Shown: positions 1 to 13,600, numbered from the stretch's first letter. The stretch: DNA of 64,000 nt from Bacteroidales bacterium (GCA_024400455.1 JAKSMU010000010.1:9209-73208), one strand, 5' to 3'. The notes: generated by a model not told the origin, from the sequence alone. Numbers and translations: made by a program.

Positions 1-349
1 CGTCATCAGGACGATACAAGACCTTGAACTGACCGAAGCTCCTGTTTTGGAAGGCTTTCAGCAAGCGGCACACTACCGCTGGAGGCGTATTGGTTGACGT
101 CGCGTTTTGCGAGCCTCCCGTCGTGGTTATCCATTGGTCGCCGGCAACGGGTTTCATACCTTCCAGTTCGTAGTAGAACAACGACTTGCAGATAAGGTGT
201 TCCGGGTCGTCCATGTGCAGCGTCATCGAGTCGAGACTGAAATCGATAGCAATATTGTAATTCGCTGTGGCAAAGACCGGAAAACTGTCATTCTGGCCAT
301 AAACACGAGCCACAAGCACCATCATTATTATTACCAAAGTTTTTTTCAT
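1..349 (-). CDS. Secreted protein of unknown function, N-terminal part only (runs off the window start)
   Basis: Not in the ORF track because it has no stop inside the window. The reverse complement from ATG at 349 reads MKKTLVIIMMVLVARVYGQNDSFPVFATANYNIAIDFSLD... It stays open to position 1, has a signal-peptide-like N-terminus, and starts 27 nt after the stop of the 432-aa gene on the same strand. Confidence 0.5.
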   Translation of the reverse strand, partial: MKKTLVIIMMVLVARVYGQNDSFPVFATANYNIAIDFSLDSMTLHMDDPEHLICKSLFYYELEGMKPVAGDQWITTTGGSQNATSTNTPPAVVCRLLKAFQNRSFGQFKVLYRPDD

Positions 350-376
350 ATCGCAGTTAATTTTTCACCATTTTGA

Positions 377-1675
377 TTAATCCAATACATTCCATTGCCA
401 ATGGGCATGCCCGACAAGATAGTTCGCCTCGACATCTAATTTCAAATAGAGGTCAGGCTCTTTGGATTCCCAGCTGTTGTTCGTTGCATAATAGAGAAAG
501 TCCCAGTGGACACCGCCTATACCCTTCACGCCAACTGTGACGAGTCCTTCCAAAGGATCAAGTGAAGCGCCGACATAGAGGCCAAGATCCAAAGACATAG
601 GCGCGAAAACATCATAGTCGCAATTCACTCCGTTCACATTGGAGGTAATATTGGCATCGACCAAGGTCATATCAAGAGCGCCCTGGATGCCGAAATCAAA
701 ATGCAATGGAGGGAAATTTGGACACGGGAAGTGTGCGCCAAGCGTAAATTCCGAACCGAGATGGACGTTGGCATTGAAGAAGAAAACCGGCAAGCCGTTG
801 CAGCAGTCTTTCTTCGTTCCAATATTCGCTGTGAAATACGGATTGATATTGAATTCTACCTTCGCTTTCTTCAGCAGGCTGCTTTTCTGAATCTTATCGG
901 TAACAGATTTGCATCGGTCAGCAATTTTTCCTGCATTCTCGATGGCATCCATCGCTTTCAAGATATTTCTATCGATTTTTGCACCAGCAATATCCAACTG
1001 CCACGAATTTTCGATGACCGTAATGGTGGCATAGTTATCACGAAGCCTTTGGCCACGGAATGTGAAATAGACTTTCTCGTGGCTTTCACCGCCCATTCCT
1101 GCCGAGGCGATGCGGCTGTCTTCGTCGATATCCACATCACTTTCATACCCAGGAGGATCTGTCTTAAAGATAAAGCTATCCTTTTCAACTACCTGGCCAT
1201 CTGCCCAGCATTCCACTCCCGGTTTCAAAGAATAATAAATACGAATACGATTCGTCAGATGGACAGACAGAATCTCACACTGATTTCCATAAGACGACGA
1301 CCTAACCACTGCAATATAAATGTACAAATTTGCCATGGCGTATTGGTCTTCTGGCATGCCTAAAACTTCAATAGAAATATGAGGGCTCGCCTTTGAACGG
1401 TCATCAAACGTGACTTTACACTCTACGACATTAAAATTAGTTGTCGAATAGGCCTGCAACCACCAATCATACTGAGCTTCGCTGTTACCATTGACATCAC
1501 CATCCACATCAAACTCAGCACGGAAGGTAGTGCCACTGGTAAAGCTGTCGAAGTATGACCTTGCAGTTCCAGAAAATCCGTTATACTTCAATTTCTGGGC
1601 AAAAACCGTAGAGCAACTTGCTACCAATAGCAAAATTGCCAACCCAAAGAACCGTTTAAACATATTATTATTCAT
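377..1675 (-). CDS. Lipoprotein or secreted protein of unknown function (432 aa), immediately downstream of the giant gene
   Basis: ATG at 1675. The N-terminus MNNNMFKRFFGLAILLLVASCSTVFAQ has a lipobox-like LVAS-C. The protein is Cys-rich with a beta-strand-like C-terminal half. Only 14 nt separate it from the giant gene stop. I recognise no family motif. Confidence 0.75.
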   Translation of the reverse strand: MNNNMFKRFFGLAILLLVASCSTVFAQKLKYNGFSGTARSYFDSFTSGTTFRAEFDVDGDVNGNSEAQYDWWLQAYSTTNFNVVECKVTFDDRSKASPHISIEVLGMPEDQYAMANLYIYIAVVRSSSYGNQCEILSVHLTNRIRIYYSLKPGVECWADGQVVEKDSFIFKTDPPGYESDVDIDEDSRIASAGMGGESHEKVYFTFRGQRLRDNYATITVIENSWQLDIAGAKIDRNILKAMDAIENAGKIADRCKSVTDKIQKSSLLKKAKVEFNINPYFTANIGTKKDCCNGLPVFFFNANVHLGSEFTLGAHFPCPNFPPLHFDFGIQGALDMTLVDANITSNVNGVNCDYDVFAPMSLDLGLYVGASLDPLEGLVTVGVKGIGGVHWDFLYYATNNSWESKEPDLYLKLDVEANYLVGHAHWQWNVLD

Positions 1676-1689
1676 CTTATATTATCCGT

Positions 1690-4600
1690 TTAATGTAACA
1701 TCAAATTCTTAATATACTCGTGTGCGTCGATTTCATCGTTGACATCGATGCTGAACAGCATCTCTGCGTTGGTGTAGCAGTAGATGGTGATGGTGTGGCG
1801 CACACCCGGACGCAACACGCCGTCAGGCTCATCCTCGAACTGGGTCGGAATCTCCAGTTCGGTGCGGTGGATGTTGAGTTCACCACGGCGCAAGCCGATC
1901 CACGATTCGCCCAAGCTGCGCAGCACGATGCGCGGATTGACGATATCGGTGTTACCGATGTTGCCATATTCGAGCGTCAGGCAGCAGTAGCGGTTGGCGC
2001 GCAAGCCGACCGGAATGATGAGGTTGGTCGACAGGTTCTCAGGCTCGCCTTCCACGACAGTGAAGCCGTTGTGGAGGTAAGCGGCGCCAGCGCAGTAATT
2101 GATGGCACGCACCGTATAAGTGCCCAATGCAGCGCCCTTCAGGTCGAAGGTGACAAACACCTCGTTGAAGTTGACATACTGCAAGGCCTCGGCCTGGATG
2201 GTATCGGTAGCGTTGTAGAGAATCACTTCCATGTCGTGACGGAACTTCGAGCCGATGAGCTTCACGGTCACCTTGCCGGTGTTACCGCCACGGTTCGGGC
2301 TGATGCTGCGAATCTCGAACGGCAGGATGTCGGCCTCGATGGTCATCTGCTGGTTTGGATGTGCAGGACTGTAGCCGAACACGCTCACGCCATAATAGCC
2401 TGGTTCGGTGCGCGGAATGTAAAGCTCGCTGTTCGAGGTCATCTGACCATCGGTGGAGATGTCGTAGTCGAGGTTAGTACCGACACCGTCGTGCAACACA
2501 TAGATGTTGTTGACGGCACCCACCAGCGAATCGGTCGAGGTGACATACACGCGGACGGTCTCGCTGATGTTGCTGCCCACCACAAGTTTGTAGTCCTTGT
2601 ATTGGAAGTTATCCATAGTGAACGGCACCTGCTCATTGAACGGCAATATAGGCAGTTCAACTCTCACTCTACCGAGCGAAGCCGTGCGGTTGTTGTTTTC
2701 TTCGATTTCGTAGAAAGTATTGCGGGCATCGGTATAAACGATGATGTAATACTCGCCTTCCTGTACGCCCGAGATGTTGGCTTCGAGCTGGTGCTGTTCG
2801 CTCACGTTCTCCATCAGAGAGAGGTCGTAGGCAATATTGCCCAGCAAGCGGTCGTCGGCATCAAAGATGGTGTCGGTGGAGAGATAGACCACATCGGAGC
2901 AACCCACACCGGTAAGGGTGTTAGGACCGAGGTTCTTCACCTTCCATGTAATCGTCATGCTGTTGCCAGCCGTGATTTGCGACGGGAAGTCGATGTCGGT
3001 GACGATGAGGTCGCCAGGAGCGTTCAGGTCGACCACCACAGGCAACATGCCAAGGTTGTTGTCGCAATTCATTTCATAGAGTGCCTCGCTGTGGTTGGCG
3101 TTGACATAGAAGGCATAGTTGCCCGTCTCAGGCACCGGAACGATGAAGGTAGCAGTGTCGTAATAATATTCACCCGGATTGAGGACATCCTCACGCGTTT
3201 CAGTGGCAATCACCTGACCATGGTCGTAGGTATTGCGCGAAAGGACGACGCGGTCGGCGTAAGTACCGTAGGTAGGTCCGTCGCCCACATTGGTGACCTT
3301 ATAGCGCACCTCGATTGGCTGGCCGCAGGCTGGGAATTCAGTTAGGAGTTCCAAGTCGCTGACTTCAAGGTCAGGCACCGGAATGCTCGTAATGTTGATA
3401 GCCAATGCCTTCACATTGTTTTCAGCATTCGAATCAGGATTAGCGGCGGCATAGTCGGTGACGACCAAGAGGTACTGGTCACCGAGATAACCGTAAGGTA
3501 TCGTGACGTTGAAGCCATCATTGTACTGGCCTCCACCCGACACGACATCGTTTTTGGTCTTCTTGGCGAGCATCAGGTCGTTGGCATCCAAAGTGGCATC
3601 ATCAGAGAGATAGATTCTATCCTCATAGTTGCTCACTGTGGGCCGTGAACCGAAGTTATGGACCGTATAGGAATACGACACAGTTTCAGACCACTCAACA
3701 TCGGTTGCTCCGGTGAACGAAGTCACGGCAAGGTCGAGGCTGTATTCCTGGACCGGGAACGACACGCTCTGATACGTATTGTTGTATTCGCCGACATACT
3801 CGAACAGGTTGTCGTTCACATCGCTGACGATGTAAATGTAGTAGTTGTCGGTGGCCAAGGTATTAGGCAGCATCACGGTACGGGTGGCGCTGTAGGTATC
3901 GCCGATGGCCAACGGGCCTTGCTTGCTGATGGAGGTGAGACGTTCGGCATTCTCGACACTAAACTGAGGATAGTTCGACACATAGATGGCATCGGTCCAA
4001 GTTTCGTCGGCTGCGATGGCACGAATGCCTTGGTTGGTAGCCGTATAGGAGATGTCCATCGACATGCCAGCCGTTCCACTGCCAGGCTGTGTGGCATCGG
4101 TGATAAGCAGGTCAGGATATGGCGAGAGGGTGACACTCAACAGGTCGGAAACGATGTAGTTGGTGTACACATTGTCGCCTTCGCAGATGCCGTCGCCATC
4201 GTTGACCACAATATAGATGTAGTATGGACCTTGCGCCTCAATAGGCAGCGTCACATTCTGCACGATGGTCTCGGTGCTGTCGGCAGCCAGTGCAATCGGA
4301 TAGGTGATGATGTCGAGCGGCTGAGCCGTGATGAAGTTGAGTTCAGGCGACAAGCCGAGATAAACACCCAGTTCAATATCACCGGTATAACCGATGCTAC
4401 CCTTGTTGGTGATATCATAAACCACATCGAACGAATCGCCAGAATTGAGCGTGGTAGGCGCCAGCAAGTCGTGGGCCATGAAGTCAGGATTCTTCAACAG
4501 ATAGTGTTCATCCAAGCGGTTGTTGTTGGTGAAGTCCTTATCGTTTTGCGGCGTGGCTTGCAGTTTCACCGAGTTCACCTCATAGAAGTTACATGGGATA

Positions 4601-7600
4601 TCGATAGCCAGACTGCCAACGAGGGAGTCACCCGGATTGAGGTTGATTCTGGTGAGAGATGCCCTACCCACCTGGGCGTTGTTGAAGTTGGCCGTAAGCG
4701 CAATGCGCTCGTCGACCATCTTGCCCGAACCGATGTTGCGCAGCACATAGCAGAGCGAGTCGCGGGTATCGTTGATCCAGAAATTCTCGACCGTAAGGTC
4801 AGGCTGCACTACATAGATGGAATCGACGGCGATGTTGTTGTCTTCGTGCTGATATTCGAAGATGGCATCGTTCTTGTCGGTCCACACATAGAAGTAATAC
4901 TTGCCTTCCTGAGTGGTATGAGGCGTGCGTGCCTTACCCGTAACCATATAGGAGTTGATGTAACGGTTGTGAGGAATCGTATCGCCATTCTTATAGAAAT
5001 AGTGCTGTTCATCATAGAAGTCAGCGATGAGACCCGGCACGGCAGCCACGGCTTCATAATATCTGACGCTATCGGCGTGCGAAGCATTTGCGCTCAGCGT
5101 GTCAGGCACGGTGAAATGACATTCGGCCCAACGCATGATCATCGTATCGATGGTCTGGAAGTCGGTTGGCAGATAAAGTATGGTATCGTTCGAAATGCTG
5201 CCGATGCTCGTGGCAAAGGACGTGTTCAATTCAGGTTGATCTGACAGATAGAAGAAATCAGACCACTGCTTGCCGCGCCATGGCGGGACGATACCGCACG
5301 AGTCGCTGATGCCGCCGCCTTGGTTCGGGTCATCCAAAGGCTTGGCCGCCACATAACCGATATTCTTCACCCTATACGAGATTGGGAACTGTTCGTAAGG
5401 CGAAATGGTATCCATGCCCAAAGTCAGGTTAGTGACTGTGAGATCAGGTGGTGGAGCCGGCAAAAGGATGGTGCTATGGACTGAAACCGGCGACATGTTG
5501 TTGCCTTCGAAGAGCGATTCATAGACCGTATTGGTAGCATCGATACGCACGAAGAAGTTGAAGGTATCGATGGCGCGTTCATCGGTGACAAACGACATGG
5601 TGCGGACAATAGTGTCACCAGCAGCCATCAGCGGAATGGTATCCATATAGGTAGCTACCTGAGTGGCTTGTGAAGAATAAACCGTGTCAGTCGTCATGTA
5701 GATAATATCGGTGACAGGCCTGTTCTCGAATCCTGCCCTACCTTGGTTGACAATCATCCAACTGACAGTGATGGTGTCGCCGGCCACGCCTTCGTATGGA
5801 GGAATGACATTGGTGCCAATCAAGTCAGGATAAGGCGGAATATCGACTTCAATCTTCTTGTAGAAGAAGTTATCGCACTCCACGATTTCGCGGAACGACT
5901 CAGCAGCGCAAGTACCCGTCATGTAACCTTCAGGATCGCCTGGGTCGTGCGGGATATACGGAGGCAGATATGGATCAGGGAATACGCCGCCATACGACGA
6001 GTAGTCAAGGTGCATGTCGCTGTAAGGCACCCAGTTGGACAGTACGAAGAGGAACACCGTTCCGTACATGTCGTCAGGCACAAAGATATTGGTCGAATTG
6101 GTGTAAGACTCGCCCGGATTCAAGGCCGTTAGGTTAGGCACCGTGGCCATGAGGAACGACTCTGGGTTCTCTTGCGTGAAGCTTTGGTGCGTCCAGTTGT
6201 GAGGATACGAGAGCACGATATAATCGTTCCAAGTACCTTCAGCACCCGTCGGTGTAGGACCAACGCCGTCGTTCTTCACCGTCCATTCCACAGTCATCAC
6301 TTGACCGGTTTGGGCGTATGAGCAATCCAATGCCGAGACATGGAGGTCAGGCAAAGCCGTAGTAAAGGTCATGGTGTCGCTCTGGATTACGGCGCAGTCT
6401 TGGTGGGCAACGACATACCAAGCGTAGTAAGCCACGCCTGTGGTGTCGTACTGGTGCAGATACAACGGAGGTTCAGGGTCACAACCCCAACCGAAGCAGT
6501 GTTCGTAAGCACCATAGCCTTGGTAGACGGAAGCGCCCAAATCGACGGTAGCATAGTTGTTGCGGATGCCGTATCTGACCGGGAAGTCAGGGATTTCGAG
6601 GCCATTGCCGTAGTCGGTGCGCCACAGGTAAAGGTCGTAGTAATCGGCGCCTTCGATGTAGTCCCAACTGAAGAGCACCTCCTCGTTCGACTGAAGGGCC
6701 TGTTCGCGCACTGGCAGCAGGCCTTCTTCATCCAGGTAGTTGTTCCAAACGATGCTTTCAGGGTCGCAAGCGGTATTGAAATAAACCGGCAAAGTGTAGC
6801 CGCTCATCTCCGTACTGCTGCACATCGAACGCACCTTAACGAAATATTCAAGGTTTGGCTCCAGGCCGTCAAGCACGATGAAGTTGGTATCAGCAACCAA
6901 GATATGAGGCGTGATTTCATCGACTTGCATGTAATAGACCATCCATTCCGATTCTTCGTCGGCAGGCGTCCAATACACATTGGCAGTCGTGAAGGTGATT
7001 TCATTGTCAGGAACAATCAATCCCGTCGGCACATGGCAGTTGACTGGGGTCATTTCGTAGGCACCCATATCGATGATGGCATCCTGGATACGCTCGTTGT
7101 CAGCCAAGTCGAAGTCGCCAGGAGCAGCCGTGGCGTTGTTACCCACATTGATACACATTGACGATTCCTGCAAGCTGAAGTCGCCATTGTCAGGATCGGC
7201 GAAACGCACATAGTTGAAGCTTGGGTTGGTACCGTCGTTGTCGGACTGCAACACGATGTTGCCCGTACCAGCCGGGAAGGTCTCGTCGCTTTCGAAAGCG
7301 GTGTATGAAATGGTTCCCGAAGCAGGAATGATGCCTCTCACATTGCTCACCAAAGCACCGGTGCGGTTGCCCCAAACGATGTTGTTCGACCAATAGTCGT
7401 AAAGGGTTTCACCGAAGACACCGCTCATGCGGCCCAGATACATACCGCCGCCATTGTTTGCACTTCCGTTATAGATATCAGCCGTGTTCTTCACTACGGT
7501 GCTGTTCTTCATCCTCGGAGCGCCATACAAGCCACCACCCTTTTCAGCATGGTTGTAACTGATTTCGGTATTGTAGATTTCAGGCGAACCATTGATACCG

Positions 7601-10600
7601 CCACCGCTCTTGTCGGCGGTGTTGTTCTTGATCAAGCACCAATTGATGACATCGCTGCTGGCCTTGATGGCACCGCCATCGCCATTGGAATAGTTGTTCA
7701 TGAAAGTGCTGTGATAGATATGGCAGTTCGAGCTGTTCAAGGCACCGCCGCCATGACCGGTAGGATAATCGCCTTCCCAAACCATGGTATTATTCAGGAA
7801 CTGGCAATAGTCGATGTCGCAGTTCTTGAGGTAAGCAGCACCACCCTCACGGTTGCTTCGGCCGTTTTGGAAGGTAATGCCATTCAGTATGTCGCGGTTA
7901 TTGGATGTCGTATAGTCGCGGCGCATAATCTGCTGCAAGTTCTGACCGTCGAGACGGGTGATGTTGAGGTCGAAGTCGCGCAGCGAGAGGTCGTAGCTGG
8001 CAGGTTCGTTACCGGCAAAGCCACCATACAGGCTGATGTTGTCAGGCAAGTTGAAGGCCGGATATTGAGGAACGCCGCTGCCCGTGTAGATACCGGCAGC
8101 CATCCAAATCTGCGGACGAGGCGACATCAGCGTGGCGCGCTCCATGGCAAATTGCAGATAAGGAGTTGCATCTTCCCATGAAGAGCCGTTCTTCAAACCC
8201 GCGCCGAACTGAGTGACATAGATGATGTTGTTGGCATCAGGTTCAATCTCATAGTCGAAATCGTATGGCGATTCGTAAGCACCCATATCCGCCTTTTCGC
8301 GTTGGACACGGTTGTTATGGCCGAGGTCGTATGTTCCAGAGACATAACTCAGTTTTCCGTGATTGACGAGGACAGAACCATCTTCGAGCGACCAATCGTC
8401 GTCATCGCTGACATAACCGTTTCCGGCACCAGCCGCGATGGAAGGATTGACGAACATCGGATAGTTGATGTTGATGTCGCTGTTTCCACTGTTGTTGACA
8501 TTCAGGGTAATGTTGCCTTCACCAGCAAAACCGCCTTCGATGGCGCTGTAGAGCACGTCACCATTGCCGAAGGTATTCTGATTGTAGGAAGGATCGCTCG
8601 TACGCAACTGGCATGGCAGATTGTTGCCTATCTTGTTGCCCCAAAGCACACTGTTATAAACCTTGTTATAGATATACAAGCCGCCACCATCAACAGAAGC
8701 ATAGTTGTTGACAATGGTCGAATTGTAATGTGTACCACCCGTACCGGCACCGCCATTACCACTTGCACTATTGTTGGCCAGCAAGCAGTTATGGAAGATA
8801 ATGTGAGTACCATTATAGCCACCACCATTATAGCCACCACCATTATAACCAGAACCGGTATTTGAAGCGGTGGTCTTACAGTTACGGATAATCGTGTTGT
8901 CAACGATGAGGTCATAGTTATTGAAGAACAAACCACCGGCAACGCCGTCTCTGGCTTCACCGTTTTCGATGATGCATCGGTTCAAGTTACCCTTTTGCAT
9001 CATGACCACACCACCATTGTTCTTATAAACGAAACCGTTCTTGAGCGTCAGACCGTCATAAATGGCGCTGTGCAGTTCTTCGATTTGCTTGTATTTGAAG
9101 TAAGTGCTGTGAGCCTGTTGCAAGGTACGCTGGATGTTCTGACCATCGAGGATGGTTGCGTTAGCTTCGAGGTCACGGTCATCAAGGTCGTAATCGTAGG
9201 CTTCGTTACCGGCGAAACCGCCATAGAGGTCGATGCCGTTCAGGGCTACGAAAGCATCAACATACGGCCAGCCGTTACCTGTATAGGTACCGCCAGCAAT
9301 CCAAATCTTCGGACGGTTGTCGTTATCGCCTGCGAAGTTGATGGCCAGCTGCAGGTCAGGAATAGCGTTGGTCCACGAGTCACCGCTGTAGTCACCGCTA
9401 TTGTTATGGGCATCAACATAGATGATGTTGTGTTCGTCAGGACGCACTGCAAAATCGTGAGTATAGTTGCTTTCGTAAGCACCGATATCGATTCTGCTGT
9501 TCTTCACACGGGTCTCGTCGTCGAGGTCCTTGGTGATGGTGTAGGTCAGGCGTTCACCGTGGTTGGCGAGGATGGAGTTGTCTTGGAAACGCCAATCGCC
9601 GCCGCCATAGTTGGCACCCACATTTTCCGATGGGTTGACGAACTTAGGCGAGAAGAGATCATTGGTGTTGTTGCCAGCAGTCAGCTTGATGTTACCGATA
9701 CCGGCAGCGCCGCCTTGGACAGCGCAGTAACGCAGGTAAATCGGGACATTGGAAGCGCTCACCGCAATCTGCTGTGTATTGAGGTCAGTCTTGTTGCCCC
9801 ACAACACGCAGTTGATGAATTCGTTATTCGAACTGCTGTTTTCGCTATACACGCCACCAGCCAGGTCGTAAGAGTAGTTGTTCACCATAGTGCAGTTCAG
9901 CAGCTGCGAAGCCACTTGCGAGTTGGCGATGTACATACCGCCGCCCTTGGCGCCCGTGGTAAGGACGCTGTTGTTGGCAATCAGACAGTTGTTGATGGTT
10001 GCGTTGTTGCCATAGATACCGCCACCGAGTTTGCTGCCGCTTTCGACATTGTCGCAGAGGTTACGGTAGATTTCGCAATAGGTCAAGGTTGAAGACTTCA
10101 CCCAGGCGCCGCCACCATCGTGCAAGGCCGTGTTGCTGAAGATGTCGCAGTCGCTCACTTCGCAACGGTTATCGACATAGATACCGGCACCACTGCCGCC
10201 TTGGTTGTTCTTCACGACGAGGTTGTTCAATGTGATGTAGTTCTTGGCATACACGCCGCCACCTTCCTTGGTGGTGTAACCGTTCTGGATGGTGAAGCCG
10301 TCAACGGTGGCGCGTTTCATTGGGCCGAAGCTCGATTCGTTGCCATAGTTGCCGAGGACACGCTGGCAATGGCTGCCGTCGAGGATGGAAGCATGGTTCA
10401 CGAAGTCGCGGCTATCGAAATCGACATTTTCCAATTCGTTGCCTTCGAAGCCACCGAGAATCTCGATGTTAGGTTTCAGCGTGAAGGCCTGGACCGATGT
10501 GCCGTTGCCTTGATAAAGGCCTTGTGCCACCCAAATCTGCTTGGTACCTACGGTATCGCAGGCCGAGGCTTGGCTGATAGCCCAGTTGAGGTCGCCCGTA

Positions 10601-13600
10601 GCATTCTCCCACGACGAGCCGTTCTGCAAGCCGGCACCGCCTTGTTTCACATACCAGATGCAACGGATTTCAAGTTCGAGGCTGACCAAGCTGTCGCAGT
10701 CAGAGCCAGCCGGAGTCCACTGGTGTTCGTATTTGCCCGATTCGGTAAGGATACGGCCATAGAAGTTGTACTGTCGGTTGGCAATCACATATTTATGTTC
10801 ATAGTTGAGGCAACTCTCTTCGTAAGCGCCCATATCCACGATGTCGTCCTTCACACGAGGCTTGAAGGCGAGGTCTTCGTCGCCAAACACATTCTCGTTG
10901 TCGCCTTGGTTGACGAAAGCGGAGTTTTCGGTTGGACGGTAAATCTCCTCTTCGTCGTCGAGGAAGAAAGGATAATTCAATTCAGGGTTATCGCCCGTAT
11001 TGTCAATTTCAAGGTTGATGATGTTCGAACCGGTGTTTTCGGCAGGAGCACCGCCTTGGATAGCGCAATAGTCGTAGGTGTTGTTGCGGCCTTCGGTCTG
11101 GAAGGCGTAATTACGGCTGTCGTTGCCCCACATCACGCAGTTCACCAAATGGTTGTATTGGTGGCCTGAATTGATGGTATCGAAAGCATAAAGGTCTGTC
11201 GTATTCTTGATGATAGAAGTGCCAATGATAGCTGCTCTCACCGTATGCAAAGCACCGAGACGGTCAGCATTGTTGCCACTGATTTCGCAGTTGGCGATCG
11301 TATCGATTGGACTTTCGCCGCCACCAAAAATACCGCTGCTACGGGTCATAAAGATAGCACCGCCTTCATCAATAGCGTAGTTATGACGCAACTTGCTGTT
11401 GGTGATATAGGTCGGGGCATTATTCTCAGAAACTTGACCACGATAAATACCGCCGCCCTTGAATGCCACATTGTCGTAGATTTCACAATGCGAGAGGTTA
11501 CCACCCTTACGCAGCAGCACACCGCCACCGTTCATATAATCCTTGAAGAAACCTTCCACTGCGCTTTCGCTCAGATACTTGATGTTTCTCACATAGCCTT
11601 CGCGTGCATAACCGCTCTTGATGTGGAAGCCGTCCCAAGTCACCACCTCGTCGCCAGTGAAGTCGCCAAACTGTTCGAGAACACGCTTCACTGAGTTACC
11701 CGTCAAGACGGAGAGGTTGTTGTTGAGATCGCGCTGGCTAAGGTCGTAGTTGGCAGGTTCATCACCATTCAAACCGCCATACACATTCACACCAGGCATC
11801 ATGGCGAGGTTGCTCCAGAATTGTGCGTTATCATCGCCATAAGTACCCTTTTTCACCCAAATCTGAGGTCTTGGATTGTAACAGAGTGCAAAGTTCAAAG
11901 ACATTTGGAAGTGTGAAGTAGCGTTATCCCATGAAGAACCATCGTTGTTTCCACAAGGTGCGCTGCTAACATAAATGATATTGTTGGCATCAGGCTGGAT
12001 GAGTGTGCGGCCCGTGAAGTCCGACTCGTAGGCACCGATGTCGATACGGCCTTGCAGTACGCGGGATTGGCCGTTCATGTCGTATTCAGGAACATCGACA
12101 CCCGAAACCGTACCATTGTTGACGCATGGCGAATTGCCATTCGGTCTGTAGGAGCCATCAAGGTTAGCCTTGAGGTCGGTGTTGTTGAGACCAATGTTGC
12201 CTTCGCCAGGATAACCGCCTTCGATGGCCGAATAGGTGATGTCGGAAGTCTCGATGCTGACCTTGGCAAAGGCACCATCCTCACATTCCACCCAGTCATA
12301 ATAATGGTTGGAGAGTTGGTTGGCCTTGCCCGAAGCCTTGTTGCCCGATAAAATAGTGTTCACAATCTTGTAACCCGTACCATACAAGGCACCGCCGTCG
12401 TCCTTTGCCGTATTGTTGACGAAGGTCGAGCAGGTAATGTCGATTTCGTGTTCGTTGCCGAAGATGGCACCGCCACGGGTGTCCTCACCTGACATTGCGC
12501 TGTTGTTGGCAAAGAGGCAGCTCGTGATGCGGCCTTCACCGTGTCCCTTACAAGTCTTTTCGTAATGGATGCCACCCTTATTGTTAGTGACTTTGGTATT
12601 GGTCATGTCGAGGTAGTCCAACGAATACTTTTCAGTACCCCAGAATGGGTCGGTGAATTTATGTGCAGCAGCCTTCAAGCGGATGGCACGGCCTCCATTA
12701 CCAATGAGCTGGCAGTCTTCGACACGAGTGTAGGTCACCACATAGATGCCGAAGCCGTTGTTGCCCGAAATCTTACAGTTGGTAAAGACGCAGTGGTCGG
12801 AAACAACCACATAGCCGCCTTGGTTGTTGGTCAGTTCGCAGTTGATGAAGTTGTTGTAGATGATGCGCCGGTCGCACGACTCGAAGTCATCGTTGTACAT
12901 ATAGATGGCCTCTACCCCACTGTTGGTATAGTTTTCCGTAATCTTACAGTTGCGGATGGTAGCGTAGCGTTTCAACGAAAGTGCCGTACCGTTGCTGACG
13001 CTGGCTCTCGAGAAACCGTTCTTAATCGTGAAGCCATCGATGATCAACGGGTTGTCGGCTGTGCAATCTTCCACTTGGTAGATGACACGCTGGATATAGT
13101 CACCGTCGAGTATGGTTTCATGGTTTGCAATGTCACGCTGGCTGAGGTCGTAATCAGCCAATTCGGTACCGGTCAAGCCGCCATACATCTGGGTGTTCGG
13201 GAACAAGCGGAAGGCGTTGACTGAAGTTCCATCGCCACGATACAAGCCTTCGGCCACCCAAATCTGATTGAGGTCGCTTGGATGGGTTCCTGCATATTCG
13301 GTAGCATCCTTGAGGCTGCCGAAAGCGTTCTCCCATGAAGTACCGTTGCGCAAGCCGCCGCCTTCTTCTGTAACATAAATGATGTGCTTGAAACTGAGAT
13401 TGAGCACCACCACACTATCGCAGGTTTCGTTGATAGCCCAACGGTGGACATATTGTCCCGACTCGGTGAGCCATTCGCCGTAGAACGGATAATGCGTGTT
13501 CATGGTTACATCGTTGTATTCGCGATAAAGGACACACTTGTATTCGTAAGCACCGATTTCAACGGTTTCGTCCATGATACGGTCGTTGCCGATAAAGTCC

